A DNA stretch of 61,858 nt from a virus (taxonomy: Duplodnaviria; Caudoviricetes). Both the position numbers and the translations under genes were made by a program. The stretch is taken from positions 1-61,858 of the IMG/VR virus record IMGVR_UViG_3300042901_000051; one strand, 5' to 3'. Shown here piece by piece: positions 37,854 to 46,745 of this stretch (position 1 is its first letter; each line of letters opens with the position of its first letter). Below the pieces are notes generated by a model that made no database searches, had not been told where the DNA came from, and saw nothing but the letters and a program-made list of their open reading frames with translations.

Positions 37854-40236
37854 GTTGTGATGGACCCTTTCTTAAGTTAATTGCTGCACGAAACCCCTCT
37901 AAAGTCTCCTCAGAAGCAAGTTTTTTATCTTGCTCTTCTTTTTTGTTCTCTATTTCTTCTTGCTTGATGGCAATCTCGGCTGACCGAAGCGCCGCGTCTG
38001 ACATGTCTTTCTTCAGTTTGCGATCAACTTCTGCGGCCTTGATCTGCAACTCTTCGCGCTGTAGTTGGGTAAGCGGATCTTGTGCCTGAGCCATGGCTTC
38101 TTTCTGTGCAACTTCTGCTTGGCTTTGCTGAAGAACTTTCTGAGACGCATCTGCCATGAGGCGAGATAGCTGATTCTCCATGAGCGGGTCCATCTTCGCT
38201 CCAAGCGGGGGTATATCAATACCCAGAGACTGCTGTATCTCGTTGCGATACGCATAGCCCAAGTGCTCTGCAATATGAGCCTCCATAGCGCCAGAAATAA
38301 CCTGTGCATTTGGTGACTGACCTATTAGGGCACGTAGTTTGGGGTCCTTCATGGCGTTTGTATGCACCGTGAGATGGGCCTCGTGATCCTGCTCGGGGAA
38401 CGCCTTAACAGGCTTACCCTGCAGCACCATGGCGTTCTCGCTGACGGGGTCCCTATACGGAATCTCGTCTTTCTTAGGCACGATCTTGTCTGCATTCTCA
38501 AAGCCAATTAGCCGGATCATGCCCCGATGAAGTTCCGGTAAGTCATACAACTCCGGCCTTTGCTGGGATAGTTGTAGTGCTGCTTGGTACTGGAGCATCC
38601 GCTGAGAGAACGTTGACGCATTGGGGTCCGATACAGGAATAATGTCTACCCGCTCAAAGTCTGACTCCTTGATCATGCGATCCGGATCGACGTTGTACTC
38701 ATAGCCTGCCGGTGGGATGACCTCGATGATGGCTTTGAGAAGCCCAAACTCTTTCTTAAGCGTGGCGTGCATACGCGCCTGCACCGCAGACATAATCTTG
38801 AGCATCCGCTCAAGGACTGCGAGGGTGGTGCCCACCGGGGTGTTCTGGTCTACATCACCAATCTTAAGATCAGCAACCGCTGCCATACCTCGGCCCTGCT
38901 CAACAATCTTATCGAACAAAGACAAGAGCGTCTGGCTTGGCTCTTTATAGGGCAGGAATGTAATGTTCTCTTGGATCTTGCCGCTCGGTACATCAACGTC
39001 CCTAAACTCACCCGGCATGATGGGCGTCTCATCGCCCTTGATCCGCATACCACGAGTTTTTAAGCCACCCGGAAGATTGGCAAGTGTTCCAGCGTCAATA
39101 AGTTGGCGTAATAGAGAGGTAGCAGACTTAGCATGCCCACCAATAAGGTGGATAAGACCATAGCCATAGAAACCAAATCCAGGAACGTAATCGTACTTGA
39201 CGTAGTGCATGCGTCGTTTGTACGTTTCATCATCTTCACTCCAGTTACGATAAATAGATAGCACCTGACCGCTGTTGTAATCTACTGTAACGACGTATGG
39301 AATCTCAATTTCACCTTCAGCGCGATACGGATCGTTCTCTAGATCCAGATTCACGTTCATTTCAAGCAGCGTGTAGCGGTCATCCTTAATAATGTCGATG
39401 CCTTGCGCATCGGCTTCCGCTTTTTTCACATCATCCGTTACAACATCGGGCGGATCTTCTAAATCTACGTCTCTATAAAAGCCCGAGACCTGCATTTTGC
39501 GGATCTCGTTCTTAACTTTGCGCATTACGTGAGTAAAGCGCTCACAAGACTCTAAATCTGACGCAGAAAACGGCGCTACAAAGTCTTCAGCCGGAATAAA
39601 TATGGCTTCGGGGCGTTTAATCGTTGGGTCGTAATAGACTTTCTTAAACGCAGAGCCTGTCAGCGGCAGCGACCACAGCATCCGCTCATGCTCGGTGCGG
39701 TAGTTGACCATTTTCTCGGTCAGCACGTAGTTCATATAGTCTTTTACGCGCTCTGCAGCCTTCTCAGCCAGCATATCTTCCTTGCCGAGGATCTTTGCCT
39801 TGACCGGACCCCGTGGAGGGAAGGTCTCCATGATGGCTTCTGACTGAAAACGCACTGTGGCTTCAGTCAGTATGGGATGAAACACCCCGCAAGCACCGGG
39901 CCAAGGCTCTGTGCGGTTCTCAATCTTGAGTCCAAGCAGGTCTAGCCCTGTTTTGTAGGTCTTTTCCCAGTCTTTACGAGAGCGTTTGTCGTCATCAAAG
40001 TGCCCAATAAGTTCTTCAGCCAACTCTTGCAGGGCTGATTCTTCTAAATGCTCTGCCAAATTGGCAGAAAACTCTTTAATTCCGGTTCTTTCTTTACCAC
40101 GAGGCTCAATCTCAACCTCAATCCCGTCCATTTCAATACTTACAGACTCAGGATCTTCGATTTCAACCTCAATTGGGGGTTCGTTTAGGGCAGCCAAACC
40201 TACTGGAGCCTCATAAAGCGCTTTATCAATAGCCAT
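37846..40236 (-). CDS. Portal protein
   Basis: 796 aa; PWPGACGVFHP, GSAFKKVYYD, GFYGYGLIHLIGG, long C-terminal coiled-coil barrel; follows TerL. Confidence 0.85.
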   Translation of the reverse strand: MAIDKALYEAPVGLAALNEPPIEVEIEDPESVSIEMDGIEVEIEPRGKERTGIKEFSANLAEHLEESALQELAEELIGHFDDDKRSRKDWEKTYKTGLDLLGLKIENRTEPWPGACGVFHPILTEATVRFQSEAIMETFPPRGPVKAKILGKEDMLAEKAAERVKDYMNYVLTEKMVNYRTEHERMLWSLPLTGSAFKKVYYDPTIKRPEAIFIPAEDFVAPFSASDLESCERFTHVMRKVKNEIRKMQVSGFYRDVDLEDPPDVVTDDVKKAEADAQGIDIIKDDRYTLLEMNVNLDLENDPYRAEGEIEIPYVVTVDYNSGQVLSIYRNWSEDDETYKRRMHYVKYDYVPGFGFYGYGLIHLIGGHAKSATSLLRQLIDAGTLANLPGGLKTRGMRIKGDETPIMPGEFRDVDVPSGKIQENITFLPYKEPSQTLLSLFDKIVEQGRGMAAVADLKIGDVDQNTPVGTTLAVLERMLKIMSAVQARMHATLKKEFGLLKAIIEVIPPAGYEYNVDPDRMIKESDFERVDIIPVSDPNASTFSQRMLQYQAALQLSQQRPELYDLPELHRGMIRLIGFENADKIVPKKDEIPYRDPVSENAMVLQGKPVKAFPEQDHEAHLTVHTNAMKDPKLRALIGQSPNAQVISGAMEAHIAEHLGYAYRNEIQQSLGIDIPPLGAKMDPLMENQLSRLMADASQKVLQQSQAEVAQKEAMAQAQDPLTQLQREELQIKAAEVDRKLKKDMSDAALRSAEIAIKQEEIENKKEEQDKKLASEETLEGFRAAINLRKGPSQRG

Positions 40237-40238
40237 TT

Positions 40239-40478
40239 TTAAATTCCCTGTCGGTTTTGTTCGTACTTACGAGCCTCGGCTAGTAAATACCGGTTAATCT
40301 GGCGCACGCGTTTGCGTCGCTTCCACCATTGTGCGGGGTTTTTTACCGCTCGTACAGCGCTATACCAACGCCAAAGCGCGTACTCTTTAACTCTTACATG
40401 CAGGGGGCGCTCGTCAAACGGATCTCTTACTAAAATCCCGCTAATCTGCACCCAGCGTTTTTTCCTCCACTGCCCCAT
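40239..40478 (-). CDS. Hypothetical Arg/Trp-rich protein between TerL and portal
   Basis: Fills the gap exactly; TGATG overlap with TerL stop. Confidence 0.45.
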   Translation of the reverse strand: MGQWRKKRWVQISGILVRDPFDERPLHVRVKEYALWRWYSAVRAVKNPAQWWKRRKRVRQINRYLLAEARKYEQNRQGI

Positions 40479-42007
40479 CAGTAGTAACTCCTAGGCTTTA
40501 TGTCCAGCGGAGTGTCTACTTCGTCACTGTCTATAGGTATAAACCCGCCCTGTCTAAATCTTATAAGCGCCTGTGTGCTGGAATCCACCAAGTCATCATG
40601 CTCGCCAGAAGGGAACGCAGCAAACTCCTCAATTACCTCTTCTGCCCACCGTGTCTCGGGCGCCCAGACCACCCCAGAGGCAAACAAATCCGCAATCGCA
40701 TTAACCCTAGCAATCTTGTCGTTGCCACGCGAGGGAGTGTACTCAGACACAAGCACCCCCATTTTCCGCAGTTCAAACACAAGTGGGGCACCAGCCGCTT
40801 TTGCCTCGATGATGCACGCATCAGGCTTCCAATACTGATACTGCTCTAGCGCCTTTTGTTTCAGTTCAGGAAACTCCATCCGTTCCTTTACCGCGTTGAG
40901 CAATATGATGTTCGGTTTTTTATACCCTGTATCCGCATCTTCTTGGTAAAACACTCCCCACGTCGTGCATGCGCTGTAGTCCGAGCGTGTATTTTTAGTA
41001 TACGCAGTATCCCAAGACTGAATGATGAACTCGCACGGTGGTGCTGAATCTCTCTCCCATATACGCCACCAATCTTTTTTGATCAGCGCACCTTCTGCAC
41101 TCGTGGGGTCCTGCATGTACTGAGCCTGCCATTTGTGAACCGGCAACTGCTCACGCAATACTTCTAACTCTTCTAGGGGCCAGAACTCAGGCCAAAGCGG
41201 TGTGCCACTCGGCATGATCGCCGGGAAGTTAATCACTTCCCACGTCTCGCCGTTGCGTTGTAATGAAGACTTTAATACCTGCGCCGTTAGATCTTTCTTA
41301 CTCCAGCGCGTCATCACGATCACAATCGAACCACCCGGCTGCAGACGCTGCCGTGGACCTGACGTATACCACTCATAAGTCTTGTCATAAATCTCAGGGT
41401 GCGTCTCTGCCTGCACAGCCTCTTGCTCAGAGTGCGGGTCATCAATAATCAAAATGTCTGCACCTTTACCGGTAACAGCACCGCCCACACCGATAGCGAA
41501 ATATTCCCCGCCGTAGTTCGTATTCCAGCGGCCCGCAGCTTTACTATCTGCCTGCAGTTCTACCTCATTAAATATATCTTTGTACTTATCGCTATCAACA
41601 AGGTTACGTACCTTACGACCAAACCCAGTAGCAAGTTCGGCTGTATGCGATGTCTGAATTACTTTCTTATGTGGCAGATTGCCTAAGAACCAAGACGGAA
41701 ACAAATAAGAAGCAAACTCAGACTTGGTATGTCGCGGTGGCATATTAATAATCACGCGCTTAAGTTCTCCACGCATCACTTTATTAAACGCATCTGCCAT
41801 GATTCGGTGGTGTCTACCAGAAATAAATCCGGGCCACATCTGCTTAACATACTCAAGAAAATCTGCTTTGCAATTGGCAACAGTTTTCCTACGCTCCTTT
41901 TCCAGAAGCGCTTCCAAGAGTTGTTCCTTTTCAATCCTGCTCAGGCTGCTCAGGTTTTTTAGGTTCAAATTTCTCAATGAATGGGCTTCGTTCCTTGGGG
42001 TCTCCAA
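40478..42007 (-). CDS. terL: Terminase large subunit (start uncertain)
   Basis: INMPPRHTKSE Walker A, ILIIDDP Walker B, QSWDTA and HDDLVDS nuclease motifs. Confidence 0.93.
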   Translation of the reverse strand: METPRNEAHSLRNLNLKNLSSLSRIEKEQLLEALLEKERRKTVANCKADFLEYVKQMWPGFISGRHHRIMADAFNKVMRGELKRVIINMPPRHTKSEFASYLFPSWFLGNLPHKKVIQTSHTAELATGFGRKVRNLVDSDKYKDIFNEVELQADSKAAGRWNTNYGGEYFAIGVGGAVTGKGADILIIDDPHSEQEAVQAETHPEIYDKTYEWYTSGPRQRLQPGGSIVIVMTRWSKKDLTAQVLKSSLQRNGETWEVINFPAIMPSGTPLWPEFWPLEELEVLREQLPVHKWQAQYMQDPTSAEGALIKKDWWRIWERDSAPPCEFIIQSWDTAYTKNTRSDYSACTTWGVFYQEDADTGYKKPNIILLNAVKERMEFPELKQKALEQYQYWKPDACIIEAKAAGAPLVFELRKMGVLVSEYTPSRGNDKIARVNAIADLFASGVVWAPETRWAEEVIEEFAAFPSGEHDDLVDSSTQALIRFRQGGFIPIDSDEVDTPLDIKPRSYY

Positions 42008-42536
42008 AGACTTCCTCCGGGGCTAGGTCAATCGTATTGCGATTAAGTATTTCTTGAATCTTAGATTCGAGAGTCTTATCAAGATCTTCGTCACTCTTAT
42101 TTTTATAAGTAACTTCAGACTTCTCTGTAAATAGACCAACATCAGAAATTTTGCCAAGCAGTTCAAGCGCTTTGATTCTAATGCGCGGGTCGTTGTCATC
42201 AGACTCTATGACTAACTTGTTAGTCACGTAGTTACGCAGTTGTGCCGCTTCAACGACAACCTGATTCTCGTAGTCAGTTAAGAGGCGCCGCACATGTTCT
42301 AGCGCACCGGGGTTTTGTTTTATTGTCTTGGCTGTCAGCACCTCGTTGCCCCGAATCACATCGCGTGCTACTGCCATGTCTTGTGGCTCTTCTCCTGTGA
42401 AGTCGGCCCCAGCCGCAGTCAGGATCTCAAGCGTTCTGCACGCTACTTCGGCACGCTCACGAAGTGTCAATTTATTGAAGTCCTGATCTTTGTCGTCGAT
42501 CAGGGGGATTTCGAGGTCGGGTGTCAAAATCAGCAT
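41931..42536 (-). CDS. Putative terminase small subunit
   Basis: Directly upstream of TerL; RIKALELLGKISDVGLF helix typical of TerS oligomerisation region. Confidence 0.65.
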   Translation of the reverse strand: MLILTPDLEIPLIDDKDQDFNKLTLRERAEVACRTLEILTAAGADFTGEEPQDMAVARDVIRGNEVLTAKTIKQNPGALEHVRRLLTDYENQVVVEAAQLRNYVTNKLVIESDDNDPRIRIKALELLGKISDVGLFTEKSEVTYKNKSDEDLDKTLESKIQEILNRNTIDLAPEEVFGDPKERSPFIEKFEPKKPEQPEQD

Positions 42537-42895
42537 TGGCGGACTGTACTCCCTAAAGTGTCAAAAAGTCAAGTGTGGGGGACTTTGAAAACCCTCATCG
42601 TCAAAAAGGGCGCCCCCACAAAAAAATTATATACCCCCCGGGGGTAGGGGAGGTAAACAAAATGAAGGGGGGGGGGGGGGTTAGTGCATACTAACTTATT
42701 AGAACGTCAAAAAATTAATATTGTTTGTGCGGATTAGTGTGTAGTGGGATGGGACCCGACACATAACGCTAAGGCGGACTCCCCCGTACGGTGGGGTGCG
42801 CTGTGGCAACAACTTGATCCGCGATTGGGGCTAGGAATTCACTAGGTATGAGGGAAGCGTGTTTGCTTGCCTCGCTCGGTGCGATTCGATTCGAG

Positions 42896-42910
42896 TTAAA
42901 CCGAGTTTAA
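42896..42910. repeat. Palindrome copy 1 TTAAAC-CGA-GTTTAA
   Basis: Read directly; upstream of the RBS of the 42937 gene. Confidence 0.9.
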
Positions 42911-42936
42911 TTCAACTCAACAGGAGATGTGCAATC

Positions 42937-43599
42937 ATGGCTAAAAACGCCAAGAAAGAAGTTGCAGTAAAGAGCCCACGCGTAGTTCGTGTCCCACAGT
43001 TTTCAAAAATGTCCGATGCGGTTGCAAGTACTGCGCGTGTCAAGAAGTTGACCGATAGTGCTAATGCGTTGGTCAACGCGCACAATGCCGAAGATGTAGC
43101 AGGAGATGCGGTTAGTGCCGCGCGTCTAAACTTCTTTGCAGAGTGTAAGCAGTCTTATGGTTCCAAGTTCCATGACGATAAGACTGTGCGCTTACAGCCC
43201 AAGGTTATATTTTACAAAGCGCACTATGCATCAAAAGGTTTGAATGTAACAGTATCAATCAATGGCTCGCGTGGTGAGTTAAAAGTTGACGCCATTGATG
43301 CATCACAAGCGGATCGCATCAAGTCTGAAACTCCCAATGCGGGAACTCGTTGGAATAAGTTTCTTGCATGGTGCGTTGATGAAGTAGCAGGCAAACACGC
43401 GGACAAAGATCCGAACAAAAGACAGTCTGGAACTAAGAACAAAAAGACTGTACAAGAGATTGTCCAAGATCATGGGCAAAGATGTTATAACGCGTGCTAC
43501 AAGAACGATCTCAAGCAGGCAAGCGTTGAACTGCAAGCATGGGCGACCAAGTGGTTCAAGTCTAAGGTCAAGTACGCAGTACCCGCAGGTTCTAAGTAA
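42937..43599 (+). CDS. Hypothetical early protein (220 aa)
   Basis: AGGAG RBS before ATG 42937; followed by terminator. Confidence 0.75.
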   Translation: MAKNAKKEVAVKSPRVVRVPQFSKMSDAVASTARVKKLTDSANALVNAHNAEDVAGDAVSAARLNFFAECKQSYGSKFHDDKTVRLQPKVIFYKAHYASKGLNVTVSINGSRGELKVDAIDASQADRIKSETPNAGTRWNKFLAWCVDEVAGKHADKDPNKRQSGTKNKKTVQEIVQDHGQRCYNACYKNDLKQASVELQAWATKWFKSKVKYAVPAGSK

Positions 43600-43615
43600 T
43601 TAGACAATGCACTTC

Positions 43616-43650
43616 ACCCCGCAGGGCTTCGGCTCTGCGGGGTTTTTTTT
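43616..43650 (+). terminator. Rho-independent terminator
   Basis: ACCCCGCAGGGC-TTCG-GCTCTGCGGGGT then T tract. Confidence 0.9.
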
Positions 43651-43694
43651 CGCCCGCATCACCCGAATCCGCCAATTCGACACCTCATGGTCAG

Positions 43695-43709
43695 TTAAAC
43701 TCGGTTTAA
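43695..43709. repeat. Palindrome copy 2 (reverse loop TCG)
   Basis: agTTAAAC-TCG-GTTTAAct. Confidence 0.9.
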
Positions 43710-43913
43710 CTCGCACCAACACATTCCCCATCTCGCACCCAACACCTTCTCCCCCTGCCAATTTGATGCCAGTGACAAGAGGGCGGCGTCGGCAACGGCA
43801 CTTATCCACAGCAACACATCAAAAACAGCCCAAACCCTTACCGCATAACGCTTTGCGGACTGCTCATTTTTTAACCACTTCGCAACTTTCTAGGCGTGGC
43901 GCGGTTTGTACAC

Positions 43914-44346
43914 AATGTCCAAACGCAAAAAAACTTTTGCACATTCAACTTTGGCTTAACCATGCGGGTTTGCGGGTCGAATGTTCAAATGTTCCAATGT
44001 ACAAAAGAAAATAGAGAGAAGTCAGAAAAAGGTCTGCTTATCCCCCCATCATGCTTTTTCTTATTTTTTGGCGCTCTCTCTATAAATCGTTTGTACATTT
44101 GCACATTTGCACATTCAACCCATTTTCCCCTTGCAAATCAAACACTTATCGAATGTACAAAAACTTTTTTCCCGCCATCACTTTTTGTACATTGGAACAT
44201 TTACAACTCCCCCAATTCTTTTACATCTGCCTTTACACATTTGCACAAACCAATCCCCATGCGCCATCAGAGAATGTTCAAATGTACCAATGTACAAATA
44301 CAATAAATCCCATCTGCGTCAAATACTTTGAATGTGTCAATGTACA
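43914..44346. repeat. Array of ~16 AATGTNCA-type 8-mers in tandem, oppositely oriented groups (candidate origin or packaging site)
   Basis: Triplets at 43980-44003, 44092-44115 (reverse) and 44273-44296; pairs at 44186-44201 and 44331-44346; singles at 43914, 43938, 44152, 44234. Confidence 0.75.
44136..44148 (+). promoter_or_regulatory. IHF-binding consensus
   Basis: AATCAAACACTTA matches WATCAANNNNTTR, in the middle of the 8-mer array. Confidence 0.5.
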
Positions 44347-44365
44347 AAAATACTTGTCAAATATA

Positions 44366-44394
44366 TTGTGTTGTTGTCTAATTTATGATATACT
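44366..44394 (+). promoter_or_regulatory. Sigma70-like early promoter (extended -10)
   Basis: TTGTGT-17 nt-TATACT with TG one base upstream of -10. Confidence 0.55.
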
Positions 44395-44426
44395 CTCCCC
44401 TCGGGGGTAGTCCGACAAAACTTCCG

Positions 44427-44439
44427 CGCTCTTTAACAA
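44427..44439 (+). promoter_or_regulatory. boxA antitermination element
   Basis: CGCTCTTTAACAA matches the boxA consensus GCTCTTTAACA, ~30 nt after the predicted start. Confidence 0.7.
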
Positions 44440-44460
44440 CCAAGCAGTACAAAAGCCCAC

Positions 44461-44475
44461 TTAAACCGAGTTTAA
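44461..44475. repeat. Palindrome copy 3
   Basis: TTAAAC-CGA-GTTTAA overlapping an alternative palindrome CCGAGT-TTA-ACTCGG (44466-44480). Confidence 0.9.
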
Positions 44476-44812
44476 CTCGGAACTAAAGTTGGGTGCAGAG
44501 TAGGCGTATCTTGCAAATCGCAAACACGGACTTCAAGCCGTGAATAAGGTGATGCGTAGGTAAGCGGGGACAAAGAATAGGTGGCACACAAAAGCCCGAC
44601 CCGACTTACACAAACATTGCCAAGCAAAGTAAACCTGATGACGAGGAACTCCCTGCGTTACAAGCGATGTCAAGTAGCAGTATCTCTGCGGGTAAGAATT
44701 AGACACGACCCCGAAATCCCCACGACCAACTTCCCACATCCTGAGTCAAATTCATAAAGGCTTATCTGTGCGGTGCGAGGTTGCGGGTTCTTTTTGATCG
44801 TTGCAACTCGAC

Positions 44813-44827
44813 TTAAACCGAGTTTAA
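44813..44827. repeat. Palindrome copy 4
   Basis: gacTTAAAC-CGA-GTTTAAgtc. Confidence 0.9.
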
Positions 44828-45116
44828 GTCACTCCGTTGTCATGCCTACTAATTCCTTATCCCTGCCTGAACCTTTCGGAAACCCCGACTGCAACAAAAC
44901 AGCAGAAGGCAAAAGCCGCAGAAGCGGCAAGCGGTGAGTATTCACCGCCGAATAGGTTGGCGGCGTGGTGGTTTGTGGTTCATCTCCTGTCCATTAAGCA
45001 GACCCCCATGCATAAGACCAATCTCTTCGGCGGTGTGTATTTGTCCAAAATGTCCTAATTTTTGTTTTTAGATTTTTAGGACACACACCATTCAACATCT
45101 TTACAGGAGAGTAAAA

Positions 45117-45320
45117 ATGAAATGTGAAACAGCAAGTTGTAAAGGCGTAGTAACCCCTGCCCGTCAAGCGGCAGGGTATGCAGTATGTAAAACCTGTGGT
45201 GAAAGGAAAGCCCGTATGGTCAAGTGGACAGTCGGTATCCCGTATGGCAAGGGTGCGTACCAATTGATCTACGACCCCGAAGAACTGAAGATGACCAATC
45301 AGAAAGAGGTGCGTAAATGA
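45117..45320 (+). CDS. Small zinc-finger protein
   Basis: CETASC...CKTCG; AGGAG RBS. Confidence 0.7.
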   Translation: MKCETASCKGVVTPARQAAGYAVCKTCGERKARMVKWTVGIPYGKGAYQLIYDPEELKMTNQKEVRK

Positions 45321-45520
45321 CTAAAAAGAAATTGACAGACATGAACCACGAGGAAGCGTTCTTCTACATTCTCGCCTGCTCCAAGGTGTACTTTGATTAC
45401 GCCAATGACGAGGGGGAAGACTTCAACCCAAAGACTGCGCGGGGAAGGAAGATCATTCACTACGCAGAGTACCTTCACCACTTGGAACAACTAAGCGAAA
45501 AACAAGGAGTACCACTATGA
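45317..45520 (+). CDS. Hypothetical early protein
   Basis: ATGA overlap, GAGG RBS. Confidence 0.65.
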   Translation: MTKKKLTDMNHEEAFFYILACSKVYFDYANDEGEDFNPKTARGRKIIHYAEYLHHLEQLSEKQGVPL

Positions 45521-45678
45521 ACAATAAAGAACTTGAAGTATTGAAACAAAGACTAGCCGCAGTTAAACCGAGTTTAACTGTCCCGTTCGGGAAACCACAA
45601 CCAACCCAACCGAGACCGACCATGGCACGCATCATGCAGTCATGGACTGTCCAAGATTGGAGAGAGGCAAAGAAATGA
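45517..45678 (+). CDS. Hypothetical 53 aa protein (not in ORF track)
   Basis: AAGGAG RBS, ATGA overlaps at both ends; contains palindrome copy 5. Confidence 0.55.
   Translation: MNNKELEVLKQRLAAVKPSLTVPFGKPQPTQPRPTMARIMQSWTVQDWREAKK
45563..45577. repeat. Palindrome copy 5
   Basis: cagTTAAAC-CGA-GTTTAActg. Confidence 0.9.
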
Positions 45679-45770
45679 GAATCTTTGGATATGTACTAAT
45701 ACTTGGCTTGACCGGTTACTTGATATCTAACTCTACTGTCAACTTGTTGATAGGAAAGGGACTACTATGA
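45675..45770 (+). CDS. 31 aa hydrophobic mini-protein
   Basis: MRIFGYVLILGLTGYLI...; ATGA overlaps at both ends. Confidence 0.5.
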   Translation: MRIFGYVLILGLTGYLISNSTVNLLIGKGLL

Positions 45771-46027
45771 GAATCAACCCAACACAACCAATAAACCCAA
45801 TCTCGCCTGAGTTACCCAAGAAATCCAATGTGGGGGTAAGGCTGTTTGAGTTTGCCTCTGATGTGGAGAAACACATAGGTGATGTGGTGCATTTCAACAA
45901 GAAGCCCTGCATCATCGAGCGCATCGGGGAGTTGGTGACCATCGTCACAATGAACGAGCGCAAGTACACCTTCAGCGTGCTACCCCATCAGATCAATTGC
46001 GTCATACAGAGAGGGGGAAAGAAATGA
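45767..46027 (+). CDS. Hypothetical early protein
   Basis: 86 aa, coupled. Confidence 0.65.
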   Translation: MRINPTQPINPISPELPKKSNVGVRLFEFASDVEKHIGDVVHFNKKPCIIERIGELVTIVTMNERKYTFSVLPHQINCVIQRGGKK

Positions 46028-46137
46028 GTGAGATAGCCGAATTTCTCAGGGCATTGAACGGAGCGTTAGGGCTGATAGCCATAGCGTTTTGTGTGTACTT
46101 CTTGGCGTGCATTTTATCGGGGGGAGATGACAAATGA
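46024..46137 (+). CDS. 37 aa membrane mini-protein
   Basis: ALGLIAIAFCVYFLACIL TM; ATGA overlaps at both ends. Confidence 0.55.
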   Translation: MSEIAEFLRALNGALGLIAIAFCVYFLACILSGGDDK

Positions 46138-46346
46138 GAAAGCAACTTCGTTTTAGTTGGGTCACTAATGTAACCACAACGGCGGGGCATATAGCCACAA
46201 GCCTTATACCTAGCGACACATTCACTAGGAACTTTATCAACAAGCACATAGGCGTAATGGCGGGGTGCTACGGATTTGATCCGTCGTATCTACAAGGCAA
46301 GGCGTTTAACAATCTACCAATCAGTATCAAAGGAGCAAACAAATGA
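46134..46346 (+). CDS. Hypothetical early protein
   Basis: GGAG RBS, coupled. Confidence 0.55.
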   Translation: MRKQLRFSWVTNVTTTAGHIATSLIPSDTFTRNFINKHIGVMAGCYGFDPSYLQGKAFNNLPISIKGANK

Positions 46347-46507
46347 AAACTAATTGGTGGTATGAGTCAGGCTTGGCTGCTCAGGCAGCACAAGAGTTGG
46401 TGTGGTTTGTTGTACTTGTGTTTGTGGGTATTGGTGTAGTGATCTTCTTTGATATCAGAAAGGAAAAGAAAAATGAACAACGAAAGAAAGACAATACAAG
46501 TTGGTGA
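46343..46507 (+). CDS. 54 aa membrane mini-protein
   Basis: AAGGAG RBS; LVWFVVLVFVGIGVVIFF TM followed by basic tail. Confidence 0.55.
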   Translation: MKTNWWYESGLAAQAAQELVWFVVLVFVGIGVVIFFDIRKEKKNEQRKKDNTSW

Positions 46508-46745
46508 TCGAGTCAGTTGGCGTGGTGCGTGGGGCAGAGACTTACCCCGCATTGCGACAGTTGTAGCCATGGAGTTGTGCGAACAACCTCGTATGAAATA
46601 CGGCATATCAACCAACAAGATCTTTTATGTAGACAAAGATCGCACAGTATTTACGCTCGACAACGGCTCTTGGGCGTATGGGTTTCAAATTGAGCCGACT
46701 TATTCCTATGAGGAATTAACTAACCAAGAAGGAGTATCAGCATGA
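46473..46745 (+). CDS. Hypothetical protein (SH3/KOW-like start)
   Basis: IQVGDRVSWRG; likely start 46473. Confidence 0.65.
   Translation: MNNERKTIQVGDRVSWRGAWGRDLPRIATVVAMELCEQPRMKYGISTNKIFYVDKDRTVFTLDNGSWAYGFQIEPTYSYEELTNQEGVSA

Noticed and set aside
41931-42007. Programmed TerS-TerL frameshift suggested by the 77-nt overlap
   Set aside because: A downstream TTG start explains it more simply; no convincing slippery site with stimulator
44635-44716. Hammerhead ribozyme (CTGATGA...CGAAA)
   Set aside because: Stem II closing pair and stems I/III could not be formed
43600-45058. Overlapping 68-136 aa ORFs in the control region
   Set aside because: No RBS, odd composition produced by the 8-mer repeats, mutually overlapping
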